In this document: in pieces, positions 16,099-26,138 of the stretch
Numbering within the stretch: the stretch's first letter is position 1
Layout: each line of letters opens with the position of its first letter
Virus record (IMG/VR): IMGVR_UViG_3300048851_000230
Span: 1-32,949 of that record
DNA length: 32,949 nt
Strand: one strand, 5' to 3'
From: a virus
Taxonomy: Duplodnaviria > Caudoviricetes
The notes under the pieces: model-generated
Database searches by the model: none
What the model was told of the DNA's origin: nothing
The model's input: the letters and a program-made list of their open reading frames with translations, nothing else
Made by a program: the position numbers and the translations under genes

Positions 16099-16512
16099 AT
16101 GACCGTCCTTAGCAGAGGCGATATCTTAAACTCAAAGATACCGACTATCGAAGTTGATGTAGACGAGTGGGGCGGTTCGGTATTCGTTCGCGCTCCCTCG
16201 TCGCGTAGCCGTATCGATATGTTGGACGTTGTGCACGCTAACGAGCGCGCAATTGACGACTACGAGCAGGACCAGCTTTTGCCGGAAGGCGAGCGCGAAG
16301 GCTTAGAGAAAGTCGAACGTCTCGAATATGCTTACGTCGAACTGATTTTCGGTATCGTTGACGACAAGGGCGAACGCCTGTTTTCGATGGACGATTACGA
16401 GCAGCTTTTGACGCTTAACTACCCGACCATCCTGCACCTTTACGGGCAGATGAAAACGCTGGACAAACGACCAGCGCCGATCAAAAAAAAAAGAGTTTCA
16501 ACTCGGCGCTGA
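16099..16512 (+). CDS. Tail assembly chaperone (gpG-like)
   Basis: LSR..IL, V.V.EWGG.V.VR, D..G.RLFS; ends shortly after an A10 run at 16483-16492. Confidence 0.85.
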   Translation: MTVLSRGDILNSKIPTIEVDVDEWGGSVFVRAPSSRSRIDMLDVVHANERAIDDYEQDQLLPEGEREGLEKVERLEYAYVELIFGIVDDKGERLFSMDDYEQLLTLNYPTILHLYGQMKTLDKRPAPIKKKRVSTRR

Positions 16513-16924
16513 GCGTCGTTTCCTCTTTCGTTTAGCTCTGCATCTGGGATGCACCATCGCAGAGTTAAACGAAAGAATGTCTCTCGAAGAACTTTACGAA
16601 TGGGAGGCCTACAGCCTCGTTGAACCGTTCGGCTGTCCTGCCGAAGATGACCGCGTTCGCCTACAATGTTCTCTGGACTTCGCTCTACACGCGCAACGCG
16701 GATCGAAGGAACCCGATTGGCTGGACCGTGACCCGGAAGAGACGGCACGCACCCGCGCAAAAATCAGTGTCGCGGATAAGCTGGAAGCGTTCTTTGCCAC
16801 TGTCGCAGAGGATGCAAGCGCCCCGCGCATTATCGAAAATCCATATCCAGACGCACAGGTGGTCGTAGCATCATCGGTTAGTCAGGATGCATCGCCAGAC
16901 CAGCCGGAAGCCATGACGGCCTAA
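16490..16924 (+). CDS. Tail assembly chaperone extension (gpT-like), reached by recoding at the A10 run
   Basis: Frame open from the A run: KEFQLGAERRFLFRLALHLGCTIAELNERMSLEELYEWEAY..EPFG; the ATG at 16577 is internal to it. Confidence 0.75.
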   Translation, partial: KEFQLGAERRFLFRLALHLGCTIAELNERMSLEELYEWEAYSLVEPFGCPAEDDRVRLQCSLDFALHAQRGSKEPDWLDRDPEETARTRAKISVADKLEAFFATVAEDASAPRIIENPYPDAQVVVASSVSQDASPDQPEAMTA

Positions 16925-16931
16925 ATAACAC

Positions 16932-19394
16932 ATGGCTACAATTGGAATCTTATCGGTCGATCTCGCGCTCCAGTCTGCGCAGTTCATGAACGGACTTAAG
17001 GCTGCGAGCGCGGCAAGCTCTCAGGCTTCGCAAAGCATCTCTAAGGCGTTTAACTTTGCGAAAGGTGCGGCGGTTGGCTTCCTTGGGGCGCTTACCGTTG
17101 ATTGGGCTAAGAACCAGATACAGAGCGCGTTCGATTACGCCGATTCCATACAGGATTTGGCAGACCGCACGGGCGCTTCCACAAAGTTTATTCAGGAATT
17201 CGGTTACGCTGCACAGCTTACCGGTTCAAGCGTTGAAGGCTCGCGCGCTGGCCTCGAAAAGTTTGCCAAGACGATGGGTATGGCAGAGCTTGGGAACAAG
17301 GCCGCACAGGAAACCTTAGCGAAGTATGGTGTCACCAGCCGCAACGTAGACACGGCTGTCGGACAGGCGGCGGACACCATATCGAAGTATAAAGACCAGA
17401 CGCAAAAAGCAGCGGCAACGGCTGAGTTGTTCGGTAAGAAAAATCAGGACCTTACAGCGACGATGGCTGGCGGCTCGGCTGGCCTTAGCGAGATGGCAGC
17501 GAAGGCGGCTGAACTCGGCATCGTCATCGGCGACGATTTGATTAAGAACGCTGGTCAAGTGAACGACCAGTTCGACACAATGCGAATGATTATTTCGGCA
17601 GAGATGGCAGCGGCAGTCGTGAACAACGCGAACGCAATCGCGAGCCTTGCGCAGGGTGTCACCTCGCTTGTTGTCGGCTTGGCTCAATTCTGGGCGCAAG
17701 ACCCTTCGAAGGCTATGGCCATCATGGGCGGTATTGCCGGGTTCGCTATGGGAGGACCAGTAGGCGGTCTCGCTGGTGCTGTCGGCGGGTATTACCTTGG
17801 CGATAAGCAGGCAAAGGCCAACTACGCCAAGAACGACAAGTGGCGTGCAGCCGATAAGCTGGAACAGGACGCACGCGCGGCACGATCCAAAGTGGCACAC
17901 GCGGGCGCTTCGAATGAGACGCAGAACCGGTTCGGCGCGATCGTATCCAAGGCGATGCGGGAAAAGGCACGCATCGAAGCCGGGTTGTCGGACGGTTCTA
18001 TCGTCAACACTCCCCGGCGCGCTCCGGCTGGTGGCGGTAAGCCTACCGGTGTCGGCACGATCGAAAAGCCTACAGGTAAAGGGACACCGCCTAAGAAAAC
18101 CGGTTCATCGGGTCCTTCCGCAGAGGACATCGCGAAGAAAGAAGCTTCACGTCTGGAAGCTTACCAGCGCGATCTATTCCGCGCGACCGATGACGAGATT
18201 TCGGCCCGTGAAGCGCTGTCCACAAACATCGTTCATCGTGCAGGGTTCGAACGCGAGCTTCTCGCTAACTCGACCAAGCGCGAGATGGATTCCATTGATG
18301 CCGACATTGCGAACGGAAAGCTTAAGCAAGCCGAAGGCGATGCATTGAAGACGCTTGTTCAAAAGACGAACGTTTCCAAGCTCCAGCTTATCAACAATGA
18401 GCAAGACGACCAACTTGTCCAAGAGCGTTTGAGCATTCGTAATTCACAGATTGATAACGAGCGGGATCAATTGAGCGGTCAGCAGCAGCTTAGCCGTTCA
18501 ATGAAAGACCGTCGCAACATAAGCTTGCGTATCGTTGATCTCGAATATCAAAAGGAAAAGCTCGCACTTGAAGCTGTAGGGGATTCTCATTCTGCATCGG
18601 ACGCGGAAAAGCAGATTGCGGCTGCACGTCTCGGCATCCTCGAAGGTCTTAAAGGCCAAGCGGTAGCTAATGCGAAAAAGCAGACCGCTGGACCGCTGGA
18701 AACTTATCTCGATAGCATCCCCGCTTCGCTGGACGAAGTGAACGAAGCGCTCGAAAACGTGCAGGTCGAAGGCCTGCAATCGTTGTCGGAAGGCTTTAAG
18801 GGCCTGCTTACGGGTGCAAAAAGCTTTGGTGATGTATTCTCTGGCGTTCTCGACACTGTGTTGGACGGCATCTTACAGATTGTCATTCAACAGGCGCTGA
18901 TTAAACCGATTGGTTCGCTTTTGTCTGGCGATGGCGGCGGTGGCGGCGGTTTCCTCGGTGGCATCTTCAAATCGCTGGTTAAGGGCGTTGCGGGCGCGTC
19001 GATCGGCGCGGTTGCTCCAAGCTCAATTGGAACCGCAGCTTTCGACACGGGCAGCGTAAACGCGTTCGATATCACTGGCATTCCTTCGCTTTCCGGCGCT
19101 CGCGCTAACGGCGGACTTACACGACCGGGAGATTACATGGTTGGTGAACGCGGTAAAGAAATCGTCCGGATCGGGACAGCCGCGAACGTCATTCCTAATC
19201 ATGCACTTAAAAGCATGGCTGGTGCGAACGATAACAGCAAGGCTCCGACAATCAACTTTGGCGACATCACTTCGAACGATCCAGCCGCTATTAAGATGGC
19301 AGCGTTCCAAGCGATTGCAGAGGCTATGCCGATGATACGGTCGCAGAGCGCGGATTACACAATGGCGAAGCTGGGCCGACCCGGCCTGCGTTAA
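16932..19394 (+). CDS. Tail tape measure protein
   Basis: MATIG.L.V.L N-terminus, Ala/Gly-rich helical repeats, C-terminal RANGG..YMVGERG.E. Confidence 0.92.
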   Translation: MATIGILSVDLALQSAQFMNGLKAASAASSQASQSISKAFNFAKGAAVGFLGALTVDWAKNQIQSAFDYADSIQDLADRTGASTKFIQEFGYAAQLTGSSVEGSRAGLEKFAKTMGMAELGNKAAQETLAKYGVTSRNVDTAVGQAADTISKYKDQTQKAAATAELFGKKNQDLTATMAGGSAGLSEMAAKAAELGIVIGDDLIKNAGQVNDQFDTMRMIISAEMAAAVVNNANAIASLAQGVTSLVVGLAQFWAQDPSKAMAIMGGIAGFAMGGPVGGLAGAVGGYYLGDKQAKANYAKNDKWRAADKLEQDARAARSKVAHAGASNETQNRFGAIVSKAMREKARIEAGLSDGSIVNTPRRAPAGGGKPTGVGTIEKPTGKGTPPKKTGSSGPSAEDIAKKEASRLEAYQRDLFRATDDEISAREALSTNIVHRAGFERELLANSTKREMDSIDADIANGKLKQAEGDALKTLVQKTNVSKLQLINNEQDDQLVQERLSIRNSQIDNERDQLSGQQQLSRSMKDRRNISLRIVDLEYQKEKLALEAVGDSHSASDAEKQIAAARLGILEGLKGQAVANAKKQTAGPLETYLDSIPASLDEVNEALENVQVEGLQSLSEGFKGLLTGAKSFGDVFSGVLDTVLDGILQIVIQQALIKPIGSLLSGDGGGGGGFLGGIFKSLVKGVAGASIGAVAPSSIGTAAFDTGSVNAFDITGIPSLSGARANGGLTRPGDYMVGERGKEIVRIGTAANVIPNHALKSMAGANDNSKAPTINFGDITSNDPAAIKMAAFQAIAEAMPMIRSQSADYTMAKLGRPGLR

Positions 19395-19416
19395 GGTGAG
19401 ACGGCATAAATAAAGG

Positions 19417-20022
19417 ATGCCGACTTATCCCCTTCCTTTCACTACTAAAGCGCCAGACTCTGAACGCCTTATTCTTACCCGTCGCCAGTCTGCGTCTGAG
19501 TCCTCGTTTAACTTGGCTGTCCAAGTCGTCAACACTGCGTCTCAGTGGTTGCTTGAATGGACATGGCCAAACATGCGTCCAGCCGACGCAGAATTGGTGC
19601 GGGCATGGCTTAACAGCTTACGCGGCCAAATCGGCACGTTCCGATATTTCCCGCGTAAGGCCTTCGTCTCGACCGTCACTGGTAAGACGCTCGCGCTGGC
19701 GGGTTACGCTTACTCCAACACCATATCGATTGGTGGTTGGACCGCGAACCAAGCAAGCGGCCTTCGTGTCGGACAGTTTTTCACGATCGGTGACCAGCTT
19801 TTGACAATTTCGAGCGCAGGCGCGGTAGCGGACTCGACCGGTAAGGTTACTCTCGAATTTGAACCGCCGCTTCGTAAGACGTTCGCGACTGCTACGGATG
19901 TCAATTTCGCCACACCATCCGCGCTCTTCCGGCTGTCCACCAGCGACGCGGCAGGCTTCACGTTGACGCCAGACCGGGCCGTTAACTTCGGCACTGTGCA
20001 GGCACGGGAAGTCGTCGCGTGA
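19417..20022 (+). CDS. Distal tail (Dit-like) protein
   Basis: Directly after the tape measure gene; AWL.SLRG....F, LRVGQFFTIG, FEPPLR. Confidence 0.7.
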   Translation: MPTYPLPFTTKAPDSERLILTRRQSASESSFNLAVQVVNTASQWLLEWTWPNMRPADAELVRAWLNSLRGQIGTFRYFPRKAFVSTVTGKTLALAGYAYSNTISIGGWTANQASGLRVGQFFTIGDQLLTISSAGAVADSTGKVTLEFEPPLRKTFATATDVNFATPSALFRLSTSDAAGFTLTPDRAVNFGTVQAREVVA

Positions 20023-20690
20023 GGGACGGCACAACGCAAGCCGTTCTGGATATCCTTGCGGCTAACGGAATCACGACAGCGCTTCTCGCGCGGCTGGATT
20101 TTGGAAGCGAAACCATCTGCATCTGGACAGGCGCGCACCCGATTACCGTTCAAGGCACCGGGGATTCGTATTTGGACGGTAAGACGTTCGAACCGCTGGC
20201 GTCCGGTGTCGCGGTCTCGATCGGTGACAACAGCTATTCGTATTCAGGCGCGGATGCGATGACCATCACCTTAGGGATACCGGCTTCGCAGTCCGTTTCT
20301 ATAGCGGCCTCACAGGTCACCAGCGACGAATATCGCGGACGGCCTGCCACGCTCTGGCGTTCGCTACTCGTGATGCCTCTGGACCCGCTGGCGGAACCGA
20401 CATGGATATTCCGTCGCGTTCGCGCAGGCGCAATGGACAAGCTGGAAATCACGAACGACGGCTTAAGCCATCAATTCTCGCTTACGATCGAAGCACACGC
20501 ATCGTTGATCTCCAACGCTACCGGCTCGACTTATCTCGACCAAAAGACGCGGTTCGACCCTACGGACACTTCGCAGGACTATGCAGCGAGTATCGGCAAT
20601 CCAGCCCCTACGTCCGGTAGCACAATTAGCAGCGGTTACGCGGGCGGTAGTGGCGGTAGCCAATACAACAGCGCCATGAACATAGCCTAA
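20019..20690 (+). CDS. Minor tail/hub protein
   Basis: GTGA coupling; LDF....IW.G, YRGRPA.LW, G.MD, DQ..RF.P.D. Confidence 0.65.
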   Translation: MRDGTTQAVLDILAANGITTALLARLDFGSETICIWTGAHPITVQGTGDSYLDGKTFEPLASGVAVSIGDNSYSYSGADAMTITLGIPASQSVSIAASQVTSDEYRGRPATLWRSLLVMPLDPLAEPTWIFRRVRAGAMDKLEITNDGLSHQFSLTIEAHASLISNATGSTYLDQKTRFDPTDTSQDYAASIGNPAPTSGSTISSGYAGGSGGSQYNSAMNIA

Positions 20691-20712
20691 GGCTACTCCA
20701 GCTAAATACCGG

Positions 20713-21147
20713 ATGCAGTTCATCCGTGTAAGTGATTGGGAAGATCGCCTTAGAACATATCTCGACCGTGTAACCGAAGAACGTTTCGTGTGGGGTTCGC
20801 ACGACTGCGCACTATTCACAGCGGGCGCGGTTAAGGCGATGACCGAAACCGACCCGGCAGAGGCCTTCCGGGGGACCTACGACAGCGAAGTAACAGCGCG
20901 CGAGTCATTGCGAGCGAATGGCGCGGGGACGCTGCTTAAGACCGTTACCTCGTTGTTCGGCGCGCACAAGCCAATCCAGTTCGCACAGCGTGGCGACCTC
21001 GTAATGCTCGACCGTAAGACACTTGGCGTTAGCGTTGGCGTGTTCTCGTGGTTCGCAGGACAGGAAGGCGACCGCGAAGGCTTAGTCCACCTCCCTACAG
21101 CGGCCTGTAAGTATGCCTTCAGCGTGCCTTTCGAGGCTGCGCAATGA
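20713..21147 (+). CDS. Tail-associated NlpC/P60-like protein (DUF6950-type)
   Basis: R..DWE.RL, FVWGSHDCALF.A..V..MT..D, AQRGDLV. Confidence 0.8.
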   Translation: MQFIRVSDWEDRLRTYLDRVTEERFVWGSHDCALFTAGAVKAMTETDPAEAFRGTYDSEVTARESLRANGAGTLLKTVTSLFGAHKPIQFAQRGDLVMLDRKTLGVSVGVFSWFAGQEGDREGLVHLPTAACKYAFSVPFEAAQ

Positions 21148-24100
21148 GTAAGGTAATTAAGATTGTCGCGCTTGTCGCGGTCGCGGCTGCAATCATCGTC
21201 TTTGCAGCACCTATCGCAGGCGCACTTGCATCCGCTGGTGCAGCGCTTGGTATCGGCGCTGGCGTTGCGTCTGCCGCTCTGATTTCCAGCGTCGTTGGTA
21301 TCGGCATAAGCCTTGGCTTGTCGGCAATATCTTCGGTGTTCATCAAGGCACCTAAGGGCGTCACACAATCGCTTGTAGATCGTCTTAATTCCAGCATCGT
21401 TCCAAGCGCACCGCGTAAGATCGTATTCGGACGCACAGCCGCTGGCAACGATGTTCGGTTCTTCGAGACGTGGGGGAATAAGAAAGACCAATACGCACAG
21501 GTGATCGCGCTTGCGAGCCATCGCGTGCAGGCGATTAAGACGTTCACGATTGAAGATGAACTGAGTTGGCAAGGCTACCTTACCGGCAAGTATGCGGCTG
21601 GTATTACGGTATTCCGCGCCATTACCGAAGGCACTGCGGCTAACGCGGCCTCGCTCGGCTCGGGATCATACTGGAACACCGCTTCTAAGTTTACCGGTTG
21701 TGCTTATCTCGCGATTAACTGGAAACTCGACAGCAAGATATTCACGTCTGGTATTCCGTCACGCAACGTTACGGTTGTCGAGGGTTGCCCTCTTTACGAT
21801 CCACGTCGCGACAGCACGCGTGGTGGTAGTGGTTCGCATCGCTCCAACGATCAATCGACATGGGCCTTTTACGATGGCGCTGTTGAACTTGGGCGCAACC
21901 CTGCCCTCGCTTTGCTCACCTACTTAATCGGCTACCGGATCAACGGTAAACTGGCGTGGGGAATGGGCGTTCCTATCGAACGCATCAATCTCGACAACTT
22001 TAAGATTTACGCGAACGTCTGCGAAGAACGCGTGTCGCGCGTCAATGGAACGACTGTCCAGCGCTATACTGTTGATGGCGTCCTATCGACCAGCGACACG
22101 CACGAGACGGCTATAAGCTCGATCTCCGCTGCAATGGGTTCGTGTAAGCTTACGGACGCTGGCGGGCGCTACACGCTGGTTGGCGGCTACGACGATACGA
22201 TGGGACCTAAGGTCGCATTCACGGAAAGCGACTTGGTAGCGGTTGCCGGTAGCGCGAGCCCTTACAATTGGACGCCAGCGCCAAGCGTTCGCGACACCTT
22301 TAACATCGCGCGCGGACGCTTTGCAGACCCTGCACAAGGCTACTCGCTGGTCGATTGGGGCGTAATCGAAACTGACCCGCTACCGGACTTGGTTCCGCGC
22401 ACGATGACGATAGACCTTGGCTTCGTGTCGAGTGCTGAGACGTGCCAACGTATCGCCAAACAGTTTCTGCTTAGGGAAGCTAAGACACCGGGCGTGTTCT
22501 CCGCGACGTTCGGACCTAAGGCTTTTGCAGCCGAAGTCGGTTCGCTCGTGACCTTAAGCCTTCCGGCGCAAGGTTGGAATAACAAGCTGTTCCGCGTCAT
22601 TGAACAGGCGGAAAATCACGACTTGCTCTTTACCATGACGCTTCGCGAAGATTCCCCGGATGTCTACGCTTGGGATCGCGAGGAAAAGCCACTCCCGGCC
22701 AGCATCCGTCCACCCGGTTACAATCCGCTGGATACGATCTCGCCTGCGAACCTAATGCTTACGACCAATAGCTTTGGTGGCGCTAACGGGATCAACATAT
22801 CGGAAGTCCGCGTAGCTTGGACGCCTGAAACATCGTTGCGCGTTCGCGGTATCCAGATCGAAAGCCGATTGGTTGGCAACACTGCTTGGACCGAAGAGGC
22901 CAGCTTGCATGATGCCGTCGCGGGCGAATTCCGCTTTTCGTCAAACGCACCGGGCGTAAGTGTCGAAGTAAGATGTCGTTTCCGTATGGATACCGGCGTT
23001 TATTCGCCTTGGGTATCCGGCACGATCAACACCGCTTCCGTCACCATCTCGTATGGCGATATCTTGGCTACGCCTACGACCTTGGCAGGAATCAACCCTA
23101 CCGAAGGCAACAAGCTCGGCGGGATCGAAACGGGCGCGACCGTGGGCGCACCTGTCGGAACCGCCATCGGCGGGCGTCCAGTTACGGATGTCCTCACACA
23201 ATTGGACGCGATCAAGACGGGCGGCTTCGCTGATACCGTTGCGCCACCCGTCCCGGCTGGCCTTGTGCTATCCTCGACCCTCACAGACGCGGGCGCTACG
23301 CTGGTTGCAACATGGTCCGCCAGTGTCGCGGATGATCTCGTAGGCTATGACATCTCGCTACAAGAGGAAACGGGCGGCGCTTTCGAGTTTGCGACGACTA
23401 CCACCCGCTACGAACGTCCCGCTGTGCTGCGCAATCAGGCTTACACCGCCAAGGTCCGCGCGTTCGATAAGGCTGGCAACCGTTCGGCTTGGTCCGCCCC
23501 GGTCACTTACACGACCGTTCGCGATACCGTTGCACCAGCGGTTGCTACCAGCTTGGCAGCGGACTCCAGTTTCGAGACTATCACGTTGCGTTGGACTAAT
23601 CCGAACGACGCAGACTTGGTTTCCGTCGAAGTCTGGTGGTCCGCGACAAACTCGACCACAGCGGCGACCCGTATCGCTACGCAGCGCGTGGCACCCGGCA
23701 CGTTGTCCCGCTTTATTCACACGGACTTAACAGCGGGCGCGAACAACTATTACTGGATTAAGACGGTTGATAGTTCGAATAACACGTCCGCGTTCAGCGC
23801 GGGTAGCGGTCTCGTGCAAACAACGTTGGTTGATATCTCGGGTGTTGCACCAGCGGTCGCAAACCAGCTTACACCGACTGTCTCGACCCTACCGTCTCCA
23901 ACGAACTACAGCGGGCCTAAACTGGTATTCAACAGCACGGATGGAAAGCTTTATCGTTACGTAGCGGGACAGTGGACGGCAGCAGTAGCGACAGCAGATT
24001 TCGACCATCTCATAACTGAAAACTTAATCGACTCTCGCGGCCTCGACATTCAAAGTCCAGACGGTTCGATAGTGTTCGGCAGTGATGGCCATATCTCGCC

Positions 24101-24626
24101 TATCGCCACGATCGATATCGGCACGGTAGACACCGGGACCAACAACGTTTTGCTATCAACGATCGCGAGCAACGCGCTTGTTCCATCGCTTAACTTCGTT
24201 GGCGAATTCGCCACGGCACCAACCGAAGCGCAGTTAGGCACGGACTGGCGACAGAACGCGGTCTACAAAAACTCGACCGATATGCGCTCTTACGTGCTTA
24301 CTGGCGAACCACTTAATTGGCAGGTCTACCTTGTAGATGGCCAGTCGTTCACCGTCTTGATTGAATCGAGCAACGGCAACATCTTCCGTCCGGGACAGTC
24401 ATCCTCGACCTTGCTTAAGGCGCGGTTGTTTAAGAATGGTGCAGAGGTAACGAGTTCGGCTCCTGACTCATGGTTCCGTTGGCGTCGTGTAAGCGGCATC
24501 CCGCGCGCGGCTCCTTTGGACGATGCAACGTTCAACACGAAGTATGTGACCGGCTACAAGCAGGTCATGATAAATATAGATGATATCTACGCGCGGGCAA
24601 CGTTCTTCGTTGACGTTGTAAACTAA
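21144..24626 (+). CDS. Tail tip / central host-specificity protein with FN3-like repeats
   Basis: PRKIVFG, G..LYDPR.DST.GGSG.HR, NPAL; FN3 patterns DTVAP..P..L and KVRAFDKAGNRS; Ig-like C-terminus. Confidence 0.85.
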   Translation: MSKVIKIVALVAVAAAIIVFAAPIAGALASAGAALGIGAGVASAALISSVVGIGISLGLSAISSVFIKAPKGVTQSLVDRLNSSIVPSAPRKIVFGRTAAGNDVRFFETWGNKKDQYAQVIALASHRVQAIKTFTIEDELSWQGYLTGKYAAGITVFRAITEGTAANAASLGSGSYWNTASKFTGCAYLAINWKLDSKIFTSGIPSRNVTVVEGCPLYDPRRDSTRGGSGSHRSNDQSTWAFYDGAVELGRNPALALLTYLIGYRINGKLAWGMGVPIERINLDNFKIYANVCEERVSRVNGTTVQRYTVDGVLSTSDTHETAISSISAAMGSCKLTDAGGRYTLVGGYDDTMGPKVAFTESDLVAVAGSASPYNWTPAPSVRDTFNIARGRFADPAQGYSLVDWGVIETDPLPDLVPRTMTIDLGFVSSAETCQRIAKQFLLREAKTPGVFSATFGPKAFAAEVGSLVTLSLPAQGWNNKLFRVIEQAENHDLLFTMTLREDSPDVYAWDREEKPLPASIRPPGYNPLDTISPANLMLTTNSFGGANGINISEVRVAWTPETSLRVRGIQIESRLVGNTAWTEEASLHDAVAGEFRFSSNAPGVSVEVRCRFRMDTGVYSPWVSGTINTASVTISYGDILATPTTLAGINPTEGNKLGGIETGATVGAPVGTAIGGRPVTDVLTQLDAIKTGGFADTVAPPVPAGLVLSSTLTDAGATLVATWSASVADDLVGYDISLQEETGGAFEFATTTTRYERPAVLRNQAYTAKVRAFDKAGNRSAWSAPVTYTTVRDTVAPAVATSLAADSSFETITLRWTNPNDADLVSVEVWWSATNSTTAATRIATQRVAPGTLSRFIHTDLTAGANNYYWIKTVDSSNNTSAFSAGSGLVQTTLVDISGVAPAVANQLTPTVSTLPSPTNYSGPKLVFNSTDGKLYRYVAGQWTAAVATADFDHLITENLIDSRGLDIQSPDGSIVFGSDGHISPIATIDIGTVDTGTNNVLLSTIASNALVPSLNFVGEFATAPTEAQLGTDWRQNAVYKNSTDMRSYVLTGEPLNWQVYLVDGQSFTVLIESSNGNIFRPGQSSSTLLKARLFKNGAEVTSSAPDSWFRWRRVSGIPRAAPLDDATFNTKYVTGYKQVMINIDDIYARATFFVDVVN

Positions 24627-24640
24627 ACCAAGGGGACCCG

Positions 24641-26107
24641 ATGACTATTCTTTCGACCGGCCAGCTAACGATTGTTGATAACAATGATGCGCGCCAAATT
24701 ACTGCTTACATCTCTGCCAATCCGGGCGTGCAGCAAATCTACACCAAGGATGAATCCTCGGTTACGTTTACGCCTAACTGGACCACGATTAACAGCAACG
24801 GTGGTCTGGAGCTTAAGGCTCTTGTCTACGCATCGCGCGCTGGTTCGCCAGAGGATATCACCGGGCAGCTTACCAACCGTAAGTGGACCACACAGGCAGG
24901 AGGCACGGCCCTCGTTACGGGCGCGGCATCCGCAGCCGACTTCGAAGCTGGCGGCACGCTTACCGTTACGCATTCAACGACCGTAAGTCTGTTGCAGGTC
25001 AAAGCAAACCTTAAGGTTGGTAATCCTCCGGAAGTGATCTTCTTCGAAGGCGATTACACCGACCCGGTTACGGGCTTGGTCTCTAAGGTCATCACCTCCA
25101 TTTCATTGACGCAGGTTAGAACCGGCACGAACGCCGTTTACATTAATCTTCGCGAAGTTGACGGCGACACGCTCGAACCAGACACTGGTAAAAGCACGGT
25201 CCGCGTTTTTGCCGACTTGGTTCGCGCGGCTGGCGTTGATGACAGTGGCGTCACGTATCGTTGGTATCAGTCGCCACATGGTGCACCCGACCAGATCGAC
25301 GGTAACCTAAGCGGTGTTGCGGCAAAGTATGGCCTCTTGACGACTGCACAGGTCGCGGCCTCTGCTACCGGCGCTATCGGTCAGTTTAACTCTGTCGCAC
25401 TTACGACCACGAACGTTCCGGACTCCGGTTGGACCGATGCGAAGGGTATCATCGTGCACGCCAGCGCGGTTGTCGATATCGGTAACTTCAAGGTCGAAAT
25501 CAAAGACAGCGATGGCACGATCTACCAGACCTACTTCACGCTTAAGGACGTTTCCGACCCTTACGAAGCTCGCCTGATTTCGACCGCTGGCGACAAGCTG
25601 CAAAACGGCGTTGGAACGACCGATGTTTATCCGCAGATTTATTACGGCGCGGAGAAAGTCAACAATACAACCGGTATGACGTTTGTCTGGTATTATGCGG
25701 ATCGGTCCGGACAGCGCGGCGCGTTCGTTGATACCACGCGCACTGCCGTAAGCGGTGGTCGCACCATCTCGGCTAACACCGTCAACAGCTTCACTTACAG
25801 CGGAACCGCGATCACGTTTTCGGCAGGCGATATTGTTAAGGCCAATCTTGCCGGTTCGGCGGAGTTTTTCGAAGTGGCATCTTCAAGCGGTAACACGGTT
25901 ACGGTTCGGGCACCGACGACCAACACGTGGATGGCTAACGCGTTCGTCAACCTTACGGCGAACAAGTATCTTAATGGCGCAATGTTCGTCTGCGTTGCAA
26001 CTCGCACCACAGTTGGAACAGCGGGTCCGGACAGTGATTCGAAGATTACGGTCACCGGCGACGACGTGGACGCTAAGGGTGTCATTACTGTTGAAGTCAA
26101 CAAGTAA
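24641..26107 (+). CDS. Tail structural protein, beta-rich (Ig-like repeats)
   Basis: Thr/Gly/Val-rich 488-aa ORF between tip and fibre genes; N-terminus similar to that of the next gene. Confidence 0.7.
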   Translation: MTILSTGQLTIVDNNDARQITAYISANPGVQQIYTKDESSVTFTPNWTTINSNGGLELKALVYASRAGSPEDITGQLTNRKWTTQAGGTALVTGAASAADFEAGGTLTVTHSTTVSLLQVKANLKVGNPPEVIFFEGDYTDPVTGLVSKVITSISLTQVRTGTNAVYINLREVDGDTLEPDTGKSTVRVFADLVRAAGVDDSGVTYRWYQSPHGAPDQIDGNLSGVAAKYGLLTTAQVAASATGAIGQFNSVALTTTNVPDSGWTDAKGIIVHASAVVDIGNFKVEIKDSDGTIYQTYFTLKDVSDPYEARLISTAGDKLQNGVGTTDVYPQIYYGAEKVNNTTGMTFVWYYADRSGQRGAFVDTTRTAVSGGRTISANTVNSFTYSGTAITFSAGDIVKANLAGSAEFFEVASSSGNTVTVRAPTTNTWMANAFVNLTANKYLNGAMFVCVATRTTVGTAGPDSDSKITVTGDDVDAKGVITVEVNK

Positions 26108-26138
26108 GGCTTAAGGGCCATGTAGCATAAATACCTAC

